NCBI GenBank assembly: GCA_963708995.1
Contig: CAVPUR010000011.1
Coordinates: 15,682-79,681 of the forward strand
DNA length: 64,000 bases
From: an uncultured Actinomycetota bacterium
GTDB lineage: Bacteria > Actinomycetota > Actinomycetes > Mycobacteriales > Mycobacteriaceae
Direction of reading: 5' to 3'
Shown in pieces: positions 48,152-57,393 of this stretch. Below the pieces are notes generated by a model. The model saw only the letters and a list, made by a program, of their open reading frames with translations, was not told the origin of the DNA and searched no databases. Position 1 is the first letter of the stretch; every line of letters begins with the position of its first letter. The position numbers and the translations under genes are program-made.

Positions 48152-48595
48152 ATGAAGGTGGGTCGCATTACCGGCTTAATCAAGCGAGCTTGGATACCCC
48201 TGGTCCTGGTGGTTGTGCTCGCCGTCTCGGCATTGATCGTGTCCCGGATCCACAAGATCTTCGGCTCGGAGGACCTCAACGCGAATGCCGGCGGAGGGAT
48301 CAAGATCGTGCAGTTCAACCCGAAAGTCGTCCGCTATGAGGTCTTCGGCTCGCCCGGAAGCACCGCGAACATCAACTACTGGGACGCCGACGCCAACACC
48401 AACCAAGTCAACGCCGCCGCACTGCCCTGGTCGTACACCGTCTCCACGACGCTGCCCTCGGTGAGCGCCAACATCATGGTGCAAGGTGACGGCAGTCAGA
48501 TCGGCTGCCGCATCACCGTGGACGGCGTGGTCCGTGAAGAGCGGAAGTCCGACGGCCACAACCCGCAAACCTTCTGCCTGGTGAAGTCCGCATGA
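48152..48595 (+). CDS. mmpS: MmpS-family membrane protein
   Basis: 147 aa. N-terminal TM (AWIPLVLVVVLAVSALIV) and conserved C-terminal beta domain (…GCRITVDGVV…FCLVKSA). ATGA overlap with the following mmpL. Confidence 0.9.
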   Translation: MKVGRITGLIKRAWIPLVLVVVLAVSALIVSRIHKIFGSEDLNANAGGGIKIVQFNPKVVRYEVFGSPGSTANINYWDADANTNQVNAAALPWSYTVSTTLPSVSANIMVQGDGSQIGCRITVDGVVREERKSDGHNPQTFCLVKSA

Positions 48596-51507
48596 GCGAC
48601 CTGGAGAATCGCACGAACGAGGCGGCCGACGCGACTGACCCTCCTACGGGCCCGATCAAGGCCCAAGACGTCAAAGACGCAAACGAGAGCACCAAGCGCC
48701 CGCACCGCCCCTTCATTCCGCACATGATCCGCCTGTTCGCGGTGCCGATCATTCTGGGCTGGGTTGTCATCACGGCGCTCGTCAACATCGCCGTCCCCAC
48801 GCTGGAGGTCGTCGGCGAGGCACATTCGGCGCCGATGGCCCCGCTGGACGCCCCGTCGATGAAGGCGATGATGCGACTGGGGCACAATTTCAAGGAATTC
48901 GATTCCAACAGCACCATCATGATCGTGCTGGAGAGTCAGGGACCCCTGGGTACTGACGCGCATCACTACTACGACAACCTGATTCGCCAACTGCAGCAGG
49001 ATCACAACCACATCCAGCACATCCAGGACTTCTGGGGTGACCGATTGACCGCGGCGGGCGCCCAGAGCGCCGACGGCAAGGGCGCCTACGTCATGTTGAA
49101 CCTCGCCGGCAACCAGGGCACCACCCAGGCCAACAACTCGGTCGAGGCGGTCCGCAAGGTCATCGACAAGAATCCGCCGCCCTCCGGGCTGAAGGTCTAT
49201 GTCACCGGCCCGGCCGCGCTCAGCGACGACATGCACGTCATCGGGAACGCCAGCCTGGCCAAGATCACGCTGTTCACTCTCGGCGCGATCGCGATCATGC
49301 TGCTTCTGGTCTACCGCTCAATTGCCACTACGTTGATCCAGTTGTTCATGACCTTTGTTTCGTTGCTGTGCGCACGCGGAGTGGTCGCGGTTCTGGCCTA
49401 TAACAACGCATTCGGGCTCACCACATTCGCTGCGAACATCCTCACCATGCTGGCGATCGCGGCCGGCACGGACTACGGGATCTTCCTCGTCGGCCGATAT
49501 CAAGAGGCGCGGCGCTCCGGTGAGGATCCAGAAACGGCGTACTACACGACGTTTCGCGGAGTGACCCCGGTGGTGCTGGGGTCCGGCCTGACCATCGCCG
49601 GTGCGACCTACTGCCTGAGCTTCGCGCGGCTGCCCTGGTTCAACACGATGGGCGCGCCGGTGGCCATCGGCATGTTGGTCGTCGTGCTGGCCGGGCTCAC
49701 GCTCGGTCCCGCCATCGTCTTTTTGGGCAGTAAGTTCGGCCGTTTCGAATCCAAAGTGGCGGCCAAGAGGGGTCGCCTATGGGGACGGGTCGGCACCGCG
49801 GTGGTGCGCTGGCCCGCACCGATTCTGGCGGTGAGCGCCGCGGTCGTCCTGGTCGGCATGGTCACCCTGCCGAGCTATAAGACGAGCTACAACGACCGTT
49901 ACTACCTACCCACCAGTGCCCCGTCGAACCAGGGGCAAGCCGCCGCCGACCGGCATTTCTCGCAGGCCCGGATGAACCCGGACATGCTGATGATCGAGGC
50001 CGACCATGACATGCGCAACACGGCTGACATGCTCGTCTTGGACAAAGTCGCCAAGAATGTCATTCGCGTGGTCGGTATCGCCATGATCCAGGACATCACC
50101 CGGCCGTTGGGCATCCCAATCCAACACAGCTCCATACCGTTTCAGAACAGCATGCAGAGCCAGACGACCATGCAGAACATGGCCTTCCTCAAAGACCGCA
50201 TAGCCGACATCCTCAAGTTGGCCGACCAACTGCAGGTCAACATCGACATCACGGAACGCCAGTACGCGGTGACGCAAGATCTTTCCAAGGCTGCTGACGA
50301 CAGCGCGAAGACCACAGCGGAAACATCGCAGATCACCGATGAATTACGAAATCACTTTGCGGATTTCGAAGACATGTGGCGGCCGATCAGGTCCTACTTC
50401 TACTGGGAAAAGCACTGCTACGACATCCCCATCTGCTTCTCGTTACGGTCCATATTCGACTCAATCGACGGTTTCGACCAGCTTGCCGAGAAGTTCCACG
50501 AGCTCACGGCTGACATCCAGCACACCGCCGCGGCCACGCACGAGCTGATGTCGCTGTTCCCCGCGCTGATCGCTTCGCAGAAGGCCACCAAGGCCATCAC
50601 GCTGACGCTGTATCAGACGTTCTCGGCGATGATCAACCAGATGGAGGCCATGAGCAATACCGCGATCGTGATGGGGCAAAGTTTCGACCAGTCGCAGAAC
50701 GACGACATGTTCTACTTACCCCCGGAGGCATTCCAGAACCCCGATTTCCAAACGGGACTGCGAATGTTCCTGTCGCCGGACGGCAAGTCGGCGCGCTTCT
50801 TCATCACCCACCAGGGCGATCCGATGACGCCGGAGGGCATCTCGCGGGTCGATGCCGAGCGGACGGCTGCGCAGGAGGGACTGAAGCAGTCCTCGCTGTC
50901 GGACGCCAAGGTCTATCTCGGCGGAACCGCGGCGACCTTCAAGGACATGCACGACGGCGCTAAATACGACCTGATGATCGCGGTGGTCGCGTCGTTGACG
51001 CTGATCTTCATGATCATGCTGCTGCTCACCCGAAGCGCGGTCGCCGCACTGGTGATCGTCGGCACCGCGGCCAGCTCGATCGCCGCGTCCTTCGGCCTGT
51101 CCGTGCTGATCTGGCAGAACTTGTTCGGCTTCAGGATCCACTGGATCGTGATGGCGCTGTCGGTCATCATCCTGTTGGCCGTCGGATCCGACTACAACCT
51201 GCTGTTGGTCTCCCGGTTCAGGGAAGAGATCCACGCCGGCCTCAAGACAGGCATCATCCGGTCGATGGCCGGCACCGGCGGGGTGGTGACGGCCGCGGGT
51301 CTGGTGTTCGCCTTCACCATGGCGTCCATGTTGGGCAGCGAGTTGACGGTTCTCGGCCAGTTCGGATCCACCGTCTGTATCGGCCTGCTGCTCGACACAC
51401 TGATCGTGCGCACGCTACTGATGCCGTCGATCGCCACGCTGTTGGGCCGTTGGTTCTGGTGGCCGCAAATCGTCCATCCCCGCGGTGATAACGCACGTCG
51501 AGCGTGA
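48592..51507 (+). CDS. mmpL: MmpL-family RND transporter (MmpL4/5-like, MmpS-coupled)
   Basis: 971 aa. AGTDYGIFLVGRYQEAR and GSDYNLLLVSRFREE motifs. Translationally coupled to mmpS. Confidence 0.9.
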   Translation: MSDLENRTNEAADATDPPTGPIKAQDVKDANESTKRPHRPFIPHMIRLFAVPIILGWVVITALVNIAVPTLEVVGEAHSAPMAPLDAPSMKAMMRLGHNFKEFDSNSTIMIVLESQGPLGTDAHHYYDNLIRQLQQDHNHIQHIQDFWGDRLTAAGAQSADGKGAYVMLNLAGNQGTTQANNSVEAVRKVIDKNPPPSGLKVYVTGPAALSDDMHVIGNASLAKITLFTLGAIAIMLLLVYRSIATTLIQLFMTFVSLLCARGVVAVLAYNNAFGLTTFAANILTMLAIAAGTDYGIFLVGRYQEARRSGEDPETAYYTTFRGVTPVVLGSGLTIAGATYCLSFARLPWFNTMGAPVAIGMLVVVLAGLTLGPAIVFLGSKFGRFESKVAAKRGRLWGRVGTAVVRWPAPILAVSAAVVLVGMVTLPSYKTSYNDRYYLPTSAPSNQGQAAADRHFSQARMNPDMLMIEADHDMRNTADMLVLDKVAKNVIRVVGIAMIQDITRPLGIPIQHSSIPFQNSMQSQTTMQNMAFLKDRIADILKLADQLQVNIDITERQYAVTQDLSKAADDSAKTTAETSQITDELRNHFADFEDMWRPIRSYFYWEKHCYDIPICFSLRSIFDSIDGFDQLAEKFHELTADIQHTAAATHELMSLFPALIASQKATKAITLTLYQTFSAMINQMEAMSNTAIVMGQSFDQSQNDDMFYLPPEAFQNPDFQTGLRMFLSPDGKSARFFITHQGDPMTPEGISRVDAERTAAQEGLKQSSLSDAKVYLGGTAATFKDMHDGAKYDLMIAVVASLTLIFMIMLLLTRSAVAALVIVGTAASSIAASFGLSVLIWQNLFGFRIHWIVMALSVIILLAVGSDYNLLLVSRFREEIHAGLKTGIIRSMAGTGGVVTAAGLVFAFTMASMLGSELTVLGQFGSTVCIGLLLDTLIVRTLLMPSIATLLGRWFWWPQIVHPRGDNARRA

Positions 51508-51512
51508 TTCGG

Positions 51513-53099
51513 TTACGCCTCAGGTAATTCCAGACACACCGCAACGGCTCCGGCGCCGACGTGCAGCGCCAGCACGGGCCCCAACGGCGTAATGATCGCC
51601 GGCTCGCATGCGGGCAGCCGCTGCGCCAGAGTGGCGGCCACCTCCTTTGCGCCGTCGGGGTTGGTGACGTGGTGTACCGCCACAGCGGCGGCCCCTTCGC
51701 CGACCACCTCGCAAACCCGATCGATCATGGTGGCCGTCGCGTGACTGACCGTGCGAACCCGTTGGGCCAAAACAAGTTTGCCGTCGTCGATACGCAACAG
51801 CGGCTTGAGCGCCAGCGCGGTGCCCAGCCACGCTTGGGGGCCGCCGATGCGGCCGCTGCGGCGCAGATTGTCCAATCGGTGCACCACGATGAACGAGTGA
51901 CTACGGCCCACCGCCGAACGCGCGGCGCCCGCGACGGCATCCAGGTCGGCGCCGCCAGCCGCGGCGCGCGCGGCGGCCAGTGCGACAAAACCGGTGCCCA
52001 TCGCGGCTGACCTGGAGTCGACAACCCGGATCGCGGGGTCGAGGTCGGCGGCCGTGCGTTCGGCGGCGCCGTAGGTCCCCGACAACGCCGACGAAATATG
52101 CACTGCTACCACGCCGTCGCCACCGCTGTCGCTCAGCGCCTGCTGGTAGGCGTTGGCCAGTTCGGCAGGGGTCGCCGCCGCGGTGGTGGCGTGGCGCTTG
52201 TAAAGGTCATCGGGGATCTCGTCCACGCCGTCGCGCAGATCGACCCCGTCGAGCAAGATGTGCAGCGGGACAACGCGTATCGCCCACTTGTCGAGCAAGT
52301 CGGCAGGCAGGCGCGCGGCCGCATCGGTCACCACCACGACAGACATGTCCCTACCCGCGTGATTTCTCGCTCGGCACTTTAGAGTCTGCAAGGCTTCGGC
52401 CAGCGCCTTGAGCATCAGTTCCGCGACCGCCTGGTGTGCCTCGAAATTCCAATGGATCCCGTCGGGATTGCCGCGTCCGCTCATAACCTGTTCGCCGACA
52501 GCGGCTTTGAGATCCACCAGCGGAACATCATGGCGCTGAGCCCATTCCGTGATCGCCGCCACCGTCCCCGCGCGGCCGCGGTGCGCGTGGCCGTACGTCG
52601 GCGCGATGTGCACCGACGGAAGCGACGCCACGATCGGAATGCCCGGACGGTTGAAATCGATTGCAGCACGGGTCTGTTCAAGATAATCGGCGGTCAGGTG
52701 CGGCGGTAACGCCGGCCTGGCCACCGGCGACAACCGGGGCTGCACCCACGCATAACCGTCGCGCGCCCAGCGCCGCAGCCAGGGCGGCCGCACATAGCGG
52801 ATCAGCTCACGCAACGCGGTCGGCAACACCGACGGCAGCGAGTCCATCCCGCAGGTCGCGAAGATCACCGCGCCCGCCCTGGGCAGCGCCGCCCAGGCCC
52901 GTGGATCCTGGGTTGCCGCCCACCAGATGTCGCGGCAGGTCCAGCCGATGCGCCCGATCAGCTCCAAATCCCAACCTAGTTGCAAGGCAACGATATTGGG
53001 CCAGATGCGTGGATCGTCGGCGGGCAGGCCGCCGGTCGGCCCGTAATAGGACAGCGAGTCGGCGAAGACCAGCAGAGTCGGCCGCGTTTCAGAGGACAT
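51513..53099 (-). CDS. SGNH/GDSL hydrolase (Rv2418c-like) fused in frame to a DegV fatty-acid-binding domain (Rv2417c-like)
   Basis: SGNH part 52347..53099 ([20 protein letters not shown]...GIHWNFEAH). DegV part 51513..52346 begins at an internal ATG ([14 protein letters not shown]...). The 14 codons between them ([14 protein letters not shown]) contain no stop. The track ORF extends to 53186. Confidence 0.75.
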   Translation of the reverse strand: MSSETRPTLLVFADSLSYYGPTGGLPADDPRIWPNIVALQLGWDLELIGRIGWTCRDIWWAATQDPRAWAALPRAGAVIFATCGMDSLPSVLPTALRELIRYVRPPWLRRWARDGYAWVQPRLSPVARPALPPHLTADYLEQTRAAIDFNRPGIPIVASLPSVHIAPTYGHAHRGRAGTVAAITEWAQRHDVPLVDLKAAVGEQVMSGRGNPDGIHWNFEAHQAVAELMLKALAEALQTLKCRARNHAGRDMSVVVVTDAAARLPADLLDKWAIRVVPLHILLDGVDLRDGVDEIPDDLYKRHATTAAATPAELANAYQQALSDSGGDGVVAVHISSALSGTYGAAERTAADLDPAIRVVDSRSAAMGTGFVALAAARAAAGGADLDAVAGAARSAVGRSHSFIVVHRLDNLRRSGRIGGPQAWLGTALALKPLLRIDDGKLVLAQRVRTVSHATATMIDRVCEVVGEGAAAVAVHHVTNPDGAKEVAATLAQRLPACEPAIITPLGPVLALHVGAGAVAVCLELPEA

Positions 53100-53763
53100 C
53101 GTTGGCGACCTGAGCAGAAGCGTTCCACACGTCCAGGCGCCAGCGGATGCTGTCGAACTCGACATCCGAGTCGCCGGCATGCCCACTCAGCTGCACCCAA
53201 CTGGCATTGCCCATGCCGCCCAGAATCGGCCAGTTGTCGACCGGCAGCTTGAGCAGCGCGGCGGACAAGGCGGCGATCAAACCTCCGTGTGCCACCAGCA
53301 CCACCGGTCGGTCCGGCCCGTCGGGGTCACCCCACTCGGTCTCGCCGGACACCAGCTCGGCGACCACCGGCACGCTTCGGGCAGCGACGTCGACCCTGCT
53401 TTCCCCGCCATGCGGTGCCCACCTGGCGTCGTCGCGCCAGACCAGCCGCGCGCCCGGCGCCTGCGCGTCGACCTGGGTATGAGTCAACCCCTGCCAGTCG
53501 CCCAAATGGGTCTCGCGCAGCCGGGGGTCCACCCGGACCGACAGCCCCGTCCGCTCCCCGAGCGTGACCGCGGTGTCGTAGGCGCGATGCAGGTCCGACG
53601 AAACGATCAGCAACGGCTGCAGCTTGCCCAGCACTTCGGCCGCGGCGACCGCCTGGGTGCGGCCCAGTTCGGTGAGCGCGGAGTCCAGTTGCCCCTGCAT
53701 CCGGCTACCCGCGTTGAAGTCGGTTTGCCCATGGCGCAGCATCACCAGACGACGGATCCTCAT
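53089..53763 (-). CDS. gpgP: Glucosyl-3-phosphoglycerate phosphatase (histidine phosphatase family)
   Basis: RHG motif in [17 protein letters not shown]. 224 aa. ATGA overlap with the rsfS stop at 53760..53763. Its 3' end overlaps the SGNH start by 11 nt. Confidence 0.9.
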   Translation of the reverse strand: MRIRRLVMLRHGQTDFNAGSRMQGQLDSALTELGRTQAVAAAEVLGKLQPLLIVSSDLHRAYDTAVTLGERTGLSVRVDPRLRETHLGDWQGLTHTQVDAQAPGARLVWRDDARWAPHGGESRVDVAARSVPVVAELVSGETEWGDPDGPDRPVVLVAHGGLIAALSAALLKLPVDNWPILGGMGNASWVQLSGHAGDSDVEFDSIRWRLDVWNASAQVANDVL

Positions 53764-54143
53764 TGCGCGCTCGCCGAGTCTTCCGAGTCCAAGTCCACCG
53801 ACACCACCGGGCAGTCGCCCCACAGCCGGTCCAGGGCGTAGAAGTCGCGATCGTCCTGATGCTGGATGTGCACGACGATGTCGCGGTAATCCAGCAGGGT
53901 CCAGCGGCCTTCCCGGGTGCCCTCGCGGCGTGCCGGCTTGTGGCCCGCCTTGCGCATTTTCTCCTCGACCTCGTCGACGATGGCGTTGACCTGCCGCTCG
54001 TTGGACGCCGAGGCGATGACGAAGCAGTCCGTGATGACCAGCTGCTCGGAGACGTCAATGACGACGACGTCGTTGGCGAGCTTGGCGGCGGCCGCGGCCG
54101 CCGCCACCGTCGCCATGTCGATGGCTTCCTGAGTCGCGGTCAT
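53760..54143 (-). CDS. rsfS: Ribosome silencing factor RsfS
   Basis: 127 aa. [28 protein letters not shown]...[13 protein letters not shown] is canonical RsfS. ATGA overlap with the nadD stop at 54140..54143. Confidence 0.9.
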   Translation of the reverse strand: MTATQEAIDMATVAAAAAAAKLANDVVVIDVSEQLVITDCFVIASASNERQVNAIVDEVEEKMRKAGHKPARREGTREGRWTLLDYRDIVVHIQHQDDRDFYALDRLWGDCPVVSVDLDSEDSASAQ

Positions 54144-54799
54144 GAGTTGTTCCCGGCGGCTAGGCGCGGTGCGGTGTGGCGGGCGCCTCCTCCGCGGTAG
54201 AGCCGGCGTTTCGAGACGTATTGGACGACGCCGTCGGGCATCAAGTACCACAGGGGCCGGCGCTGTTCGGCGCGCCGGCGGCAGTCTGTCGACGAGATGG
54301 CCAGGGCCGGGATCTCGACCAGGGTCAGCGCGCCCTCGGCCAGATCACCCAGCACGCCGGTGATGTGCTCGTGGCGCAGCTCGTAGCCGGGCCGGCTGAC
54401 CCCGATGAACCGTGCCAAGTCGAACAGCTCTGCCCAGCCTTGCCACGACAGAATGGAACCCAGCGCATCGGCGCCGGTGATGAAGTACAGCTCGGAGTCC
54501 GGGTTCAGGGCGTGCAGATCTCGCAGTGTGTCACGGGTGTAGGTGGGGCCGGCGCGGTCGATGTCGACCCGGCTCACCGAGAAGCGGGGATTGGACGCGG
54601 TGGCGATCACCGTCATCAGGTACCGGTCCTCGGCGGCGGAGACGTGCCGCTCTTTCTGCCAGGGCTGGCCGCTGGGCACAAACACCACCTGGTCCAGCTC
54701 GAACAGGTGGGCCACCTCGCTGGCGGCGACCAGGTGGCCGTAATGGATGGGGTCGAACGTCCCACCCATCACTCCCAGCCTGCGGCGGTGTTTTTGCAC
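54140..54799 (-). CDS. nadD: Nicotinate-nucleotide adenylyltransferase
   Basis: [12 protein letters not shown] (HxGH) motif. GTG at 54799 chosen; alternatives are ATG at 54769 or the track start at 54892. Confidence 0.9.
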   Translation of the reverse strand: MQKHRRRLGVMGGTFDPIHYGHLVAASEVAHLFELDQVVFVPSGQPWQKERHVSAAEDRYLMTVIATASNPRFSVSRVDIDRAGPTYTRDTLRDLHALNPDSELYFITGADALGSILSWQGWAELFDLARFIGVSRPGYELRHEHITGVLGDLAEGALTLVEIPALAISSTDCRRRAEQRRPLWYLMPDGVVQYVSKRRLYRGGGARHTAPRLAAGNNS

Positions 54800-54884
54800 G
54801 GTTTGCCAGCTTACTTGAGCGTCCGATCCGGGCCGATTTCCCAGCTTGCGCCCGCAGACCGCATCAATTGTGTAGAAGAGGTCT

Positions 54885-55922
54885 GTGGACACTTCACCGC
54901 TCGACGATCCAACTCAGTTCAAGGACTCGATGAACCAACGGTTCTTCCGCCGATCGGCGGTCAAGGGCGAGATCTCGCTGCCGGCCGTGCCGGGCTTGAT
55001 CGACGAGTACGTGAGGGTGTGTTCCGGCATTTTCGCGGGCGTGGGCAGGGAGTTCTCCGACGACGAACTCGCTCATCTCAGGTCGGTGCTCGAGGGCCAG
55101 TTGGCAACGGCCTACTCGGCTTCCCCGCGTTCGACCATCGTGATCACGTACAACGCGGCCGTCGGCGCGAGCTTGCACTACGAAGTGAACCCGAGATGGT
55201 GGACGGTGGAGGCCGCCTACGAGGAGTGGATCAGCACCCGCCAGGCGCCGTTGTTCGGCACGGAACCCGACGCTCGGGTGTGGGCGCTGGCGAACGAGGC
55301 AGCCGATCCCAGGACCTATCGGATACTCGATATCGGGTCTGGAACCGGGCGCAACGCGCTCGCCTTGGCGCGACGTGGACACCCGGTCGACGTGGTGGAG
55401 ATGACCCCGACGTTCGCCTCGATGATTCGCTCTGACGCCCAACGAGAATCCCTGGACGTGTGCGTCATGAACCGTGACGTCTTTACGGCCAACGACGACC
55501 TACGACACGACTATCAGCTGATTCTGCTTTCCGAGGTGGTGTCTGATTTCCGGACGACGCAGCAGTTGCGCAGCCTGTTCGAGCTTGCTGCCCAATGTCT
55601 GGCGCCAGGGGGTCGGTTGGTGTTCAACACCTTCCTGCCGCGTGGAGGCTACACACTCGATCAGGCCACGCGTGAGTTCGGGCAGCAGATGTACACGAGC
55701 ATCTTCACGTGGGACGAGATGTCAACCGCAGCAGCGCAATTACCCCTCGAGCTGGTAGCCGACGACTCCGTCTACGACTACGAGCAAGAGCATTTGCCCC
55801 CGGGCGCGTGGCCACCGACGAGCTGGTACGCGGACTGGGTGAGCGGCCTCGACGTGTTCACCATCGAGCGGGAGAAGTGCCCGATCGAGATGCGCTGGCT
55901 GGTGTACGGCAAGACGGGTTAA
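54885..55922 (+). CDS. Class I SAM-dependent methyltransferase with an uncharacterised ~130-aa N-terminal region
   Basis: Motif I is [19 protein letters not shown], followed by an acidic post-I (VDVVEM). 345 aa from GTG at 54885. Confidence 0.75.
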   Translation: MDTSPLDDPTQFKDSMNQRFFRRSAVKGEISLPAVPGLIDEYVRVCSGIFAGVGREFSDDELAHLRSVLEGQLATAYSASPRSTIVITYNAAVGASLHYEVNPRWWTVEAAYEEWISTRQAPLFGTEPDARVWALANEAADPRTYRILDIGSGTGRNALALARRGHPVDVVEMTPTFASMIRSDAQRESLDVCVMNRDVFTANDDLRHDYQLILLSEVVSDFRTTQQLRSLFELAAQCLAPGGRLVFNTFLPRGGYTLDQATREFGQQMYTSIFTWDEMSTAAAQLPLELVADDSVYDYEQEHLPPGAWPPTSWYADWVSGLDVFTIEREKCPIEMRWLVYGKTG

Positions 55923-55941
55923 GCGCGGCGCCGAACGGGTG

Positions 55942-57393
55942 TCAGACGGGCAGCAGCGCGTCGATCACCGAGGCCAGCTGCTTGGCGGACCGGCATTCGT
56001 GCATCGCGATCACGTCTTGGTAGCGCGGCACCGCCGAGTCTCCGCTGCCCCACAGATGTTTGGGCTCGGGATTCAGCCAGTGCGCATGCCGGCTGGCGGT
56101 CACCATATCGGCCAGCACGTCGAGGGCCGGATCACGATAGTTGGTGCGCCCGTCCCCGAGCACCAACAGCGAGCTGCGCGGCGACAGCACATTCGGGTGA
56201 GCCTGCATGAACGAGACGAACGCATTCCCGTAGTCAGAGTGCCCGTCTCGGCTGTACACACCGGCCTCCCGGGTGATCCGTTGAATCGCCACCGCCAGAT
56301 CGGCTTCCGGCCCGAACATGTGCGTCACCTCGTCGGTGGTGTCGATGAAGGCGAAGACACGAACACGCGAGAACTGTTGGCGCAGAGCATGTACCAGCAG
56401 CAGCGTGAAGTGGCTGAACCCGGCGACCGAACCGGACACGTCGCACAGCACGACCAATTCCGGCCGCGCCGGGCGTGGTTTGGCCAGCACCAAGTCGATC
56501 GGCACACCGCCGGTGGACATCGACTTGCGCAGCGTCTTGCGCAGATCGATCGACCCGGCGCGGGTGCGGCGCCGGCGGGCCGCCAGCCGGGTCGCCAGGG
56601 TGCGGGCCAGCGGCGCCACTACCTTTCGCATCTGGCGCAACTGTTCGCCGGACGCGCGCAGGAACTCGACGTTCTCGGAAAGCTGTGGGATGCCGTACAT
56701 CTGGACGTGATCGCGGCCCAGCTGCTCGGCGGTGCGCCGCTTGGTCTCGGCGTCGACCATTCTACGAAGCTGCGTGATCTTCTGCGCGGCAAGCGCTTTG
56801 GCGATCTGCTCCTGGGTAGGGGTGGGTTCGTCGCCGTAGGGGGCCAGCAGTCCCGCCAGCAGCTTGCCCTCCAATTCATCCAGCGCCATCGCCTTCAGCG
56901 CCTGATACGACGAGAATGACGGACCGCGACTGGAGTTGTATTTGCCGTAGGCCTCCACGATCCGGGCGATCATCGCCACCAGCCGCTCGTCCATGTCGGC
57001 GAGCTCGGGATTGTCGGCGAGCAAATCCAGCAGCATCTGGCGCATCGCCTCGACGTCGTCGGGCGGCAGGCCGCTGTCGTCCCCGGCGGCCCCGCCTTCC
57101 TCTTCTTCCGTGACCGCTGCGCGCGCACCCAATGCCGGGGGAAACCACAGGTCGAACATGGCATCGTAGGTGTCGCGGTGATCCGCCTGGTGCAAGACCG
57201 CGCAGGCGATACCCTCACGCAGCACCTCACGATCACCCAAGCCGAGAGTGGCCATCACCCGGCCGGCATCGACCGTCTCAGACGGGCCCACCGAAATCCC
57301 TGCCCCGCGAAGCGCTTCCACGAACCCCACCAGATGCCCGGGCAGCCCGTGCGGGGCGAGCGGCCGGGTGGGTCGGATGCGGCGGGCAGCCAT
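55942..57393 (-). CDS. VWA-domain CoxE-like protein (Rv2425c-like)
   Basis: The start MAARRIRPTRP shares one base with the moxR stop (TAATG at 57391..57395). VWA MIDAS context VVLCDVSGSV. The upstream 216 codons of the track ORF overlap moxR and look non-coding. Confidence 0.9.
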   Translation of the reverse strand: MAARRIRPTRPLAPHGLPGHLVGFVEALRGAGISVGPSETVDAGRVMATLGLGDREVLREGIACAVLHQADHRDTYDAMFDLWFPPALGARAAVTEEEEGGAAGDDSGLPPDDVEAMRQMLLDLLADNPELADMDERLVAMIARIVEAYGKYNSSRGPSFSSYQALKAMALDELEGKLLAGLLAPYGDEPTPTQEQIAKALAAQKITQLRRMVDAETKRRTAEQLGRDHVQMYGIPQLSENVEFLRASGEQLRQMRKVVAPLARTLATRLAARRRRTRAGSIDLRKTLRKSMSTGGVPIDLVLAKPRPARPELVVLCDVSGSVAGFSHFTLLLVHALRQQFSRVRVFAFIDTTDEVTHMFGPEADLAVAIQRITREAGVYSRDGHSDYGNAFVSFMQAHPNVLSPRSSLLVLGDGRTNYRDPALDVLADMVTASRHAHWLNPEPKHLWGSGDSAVPRYQDVIAMHECRSAKQLASVIDALLPV

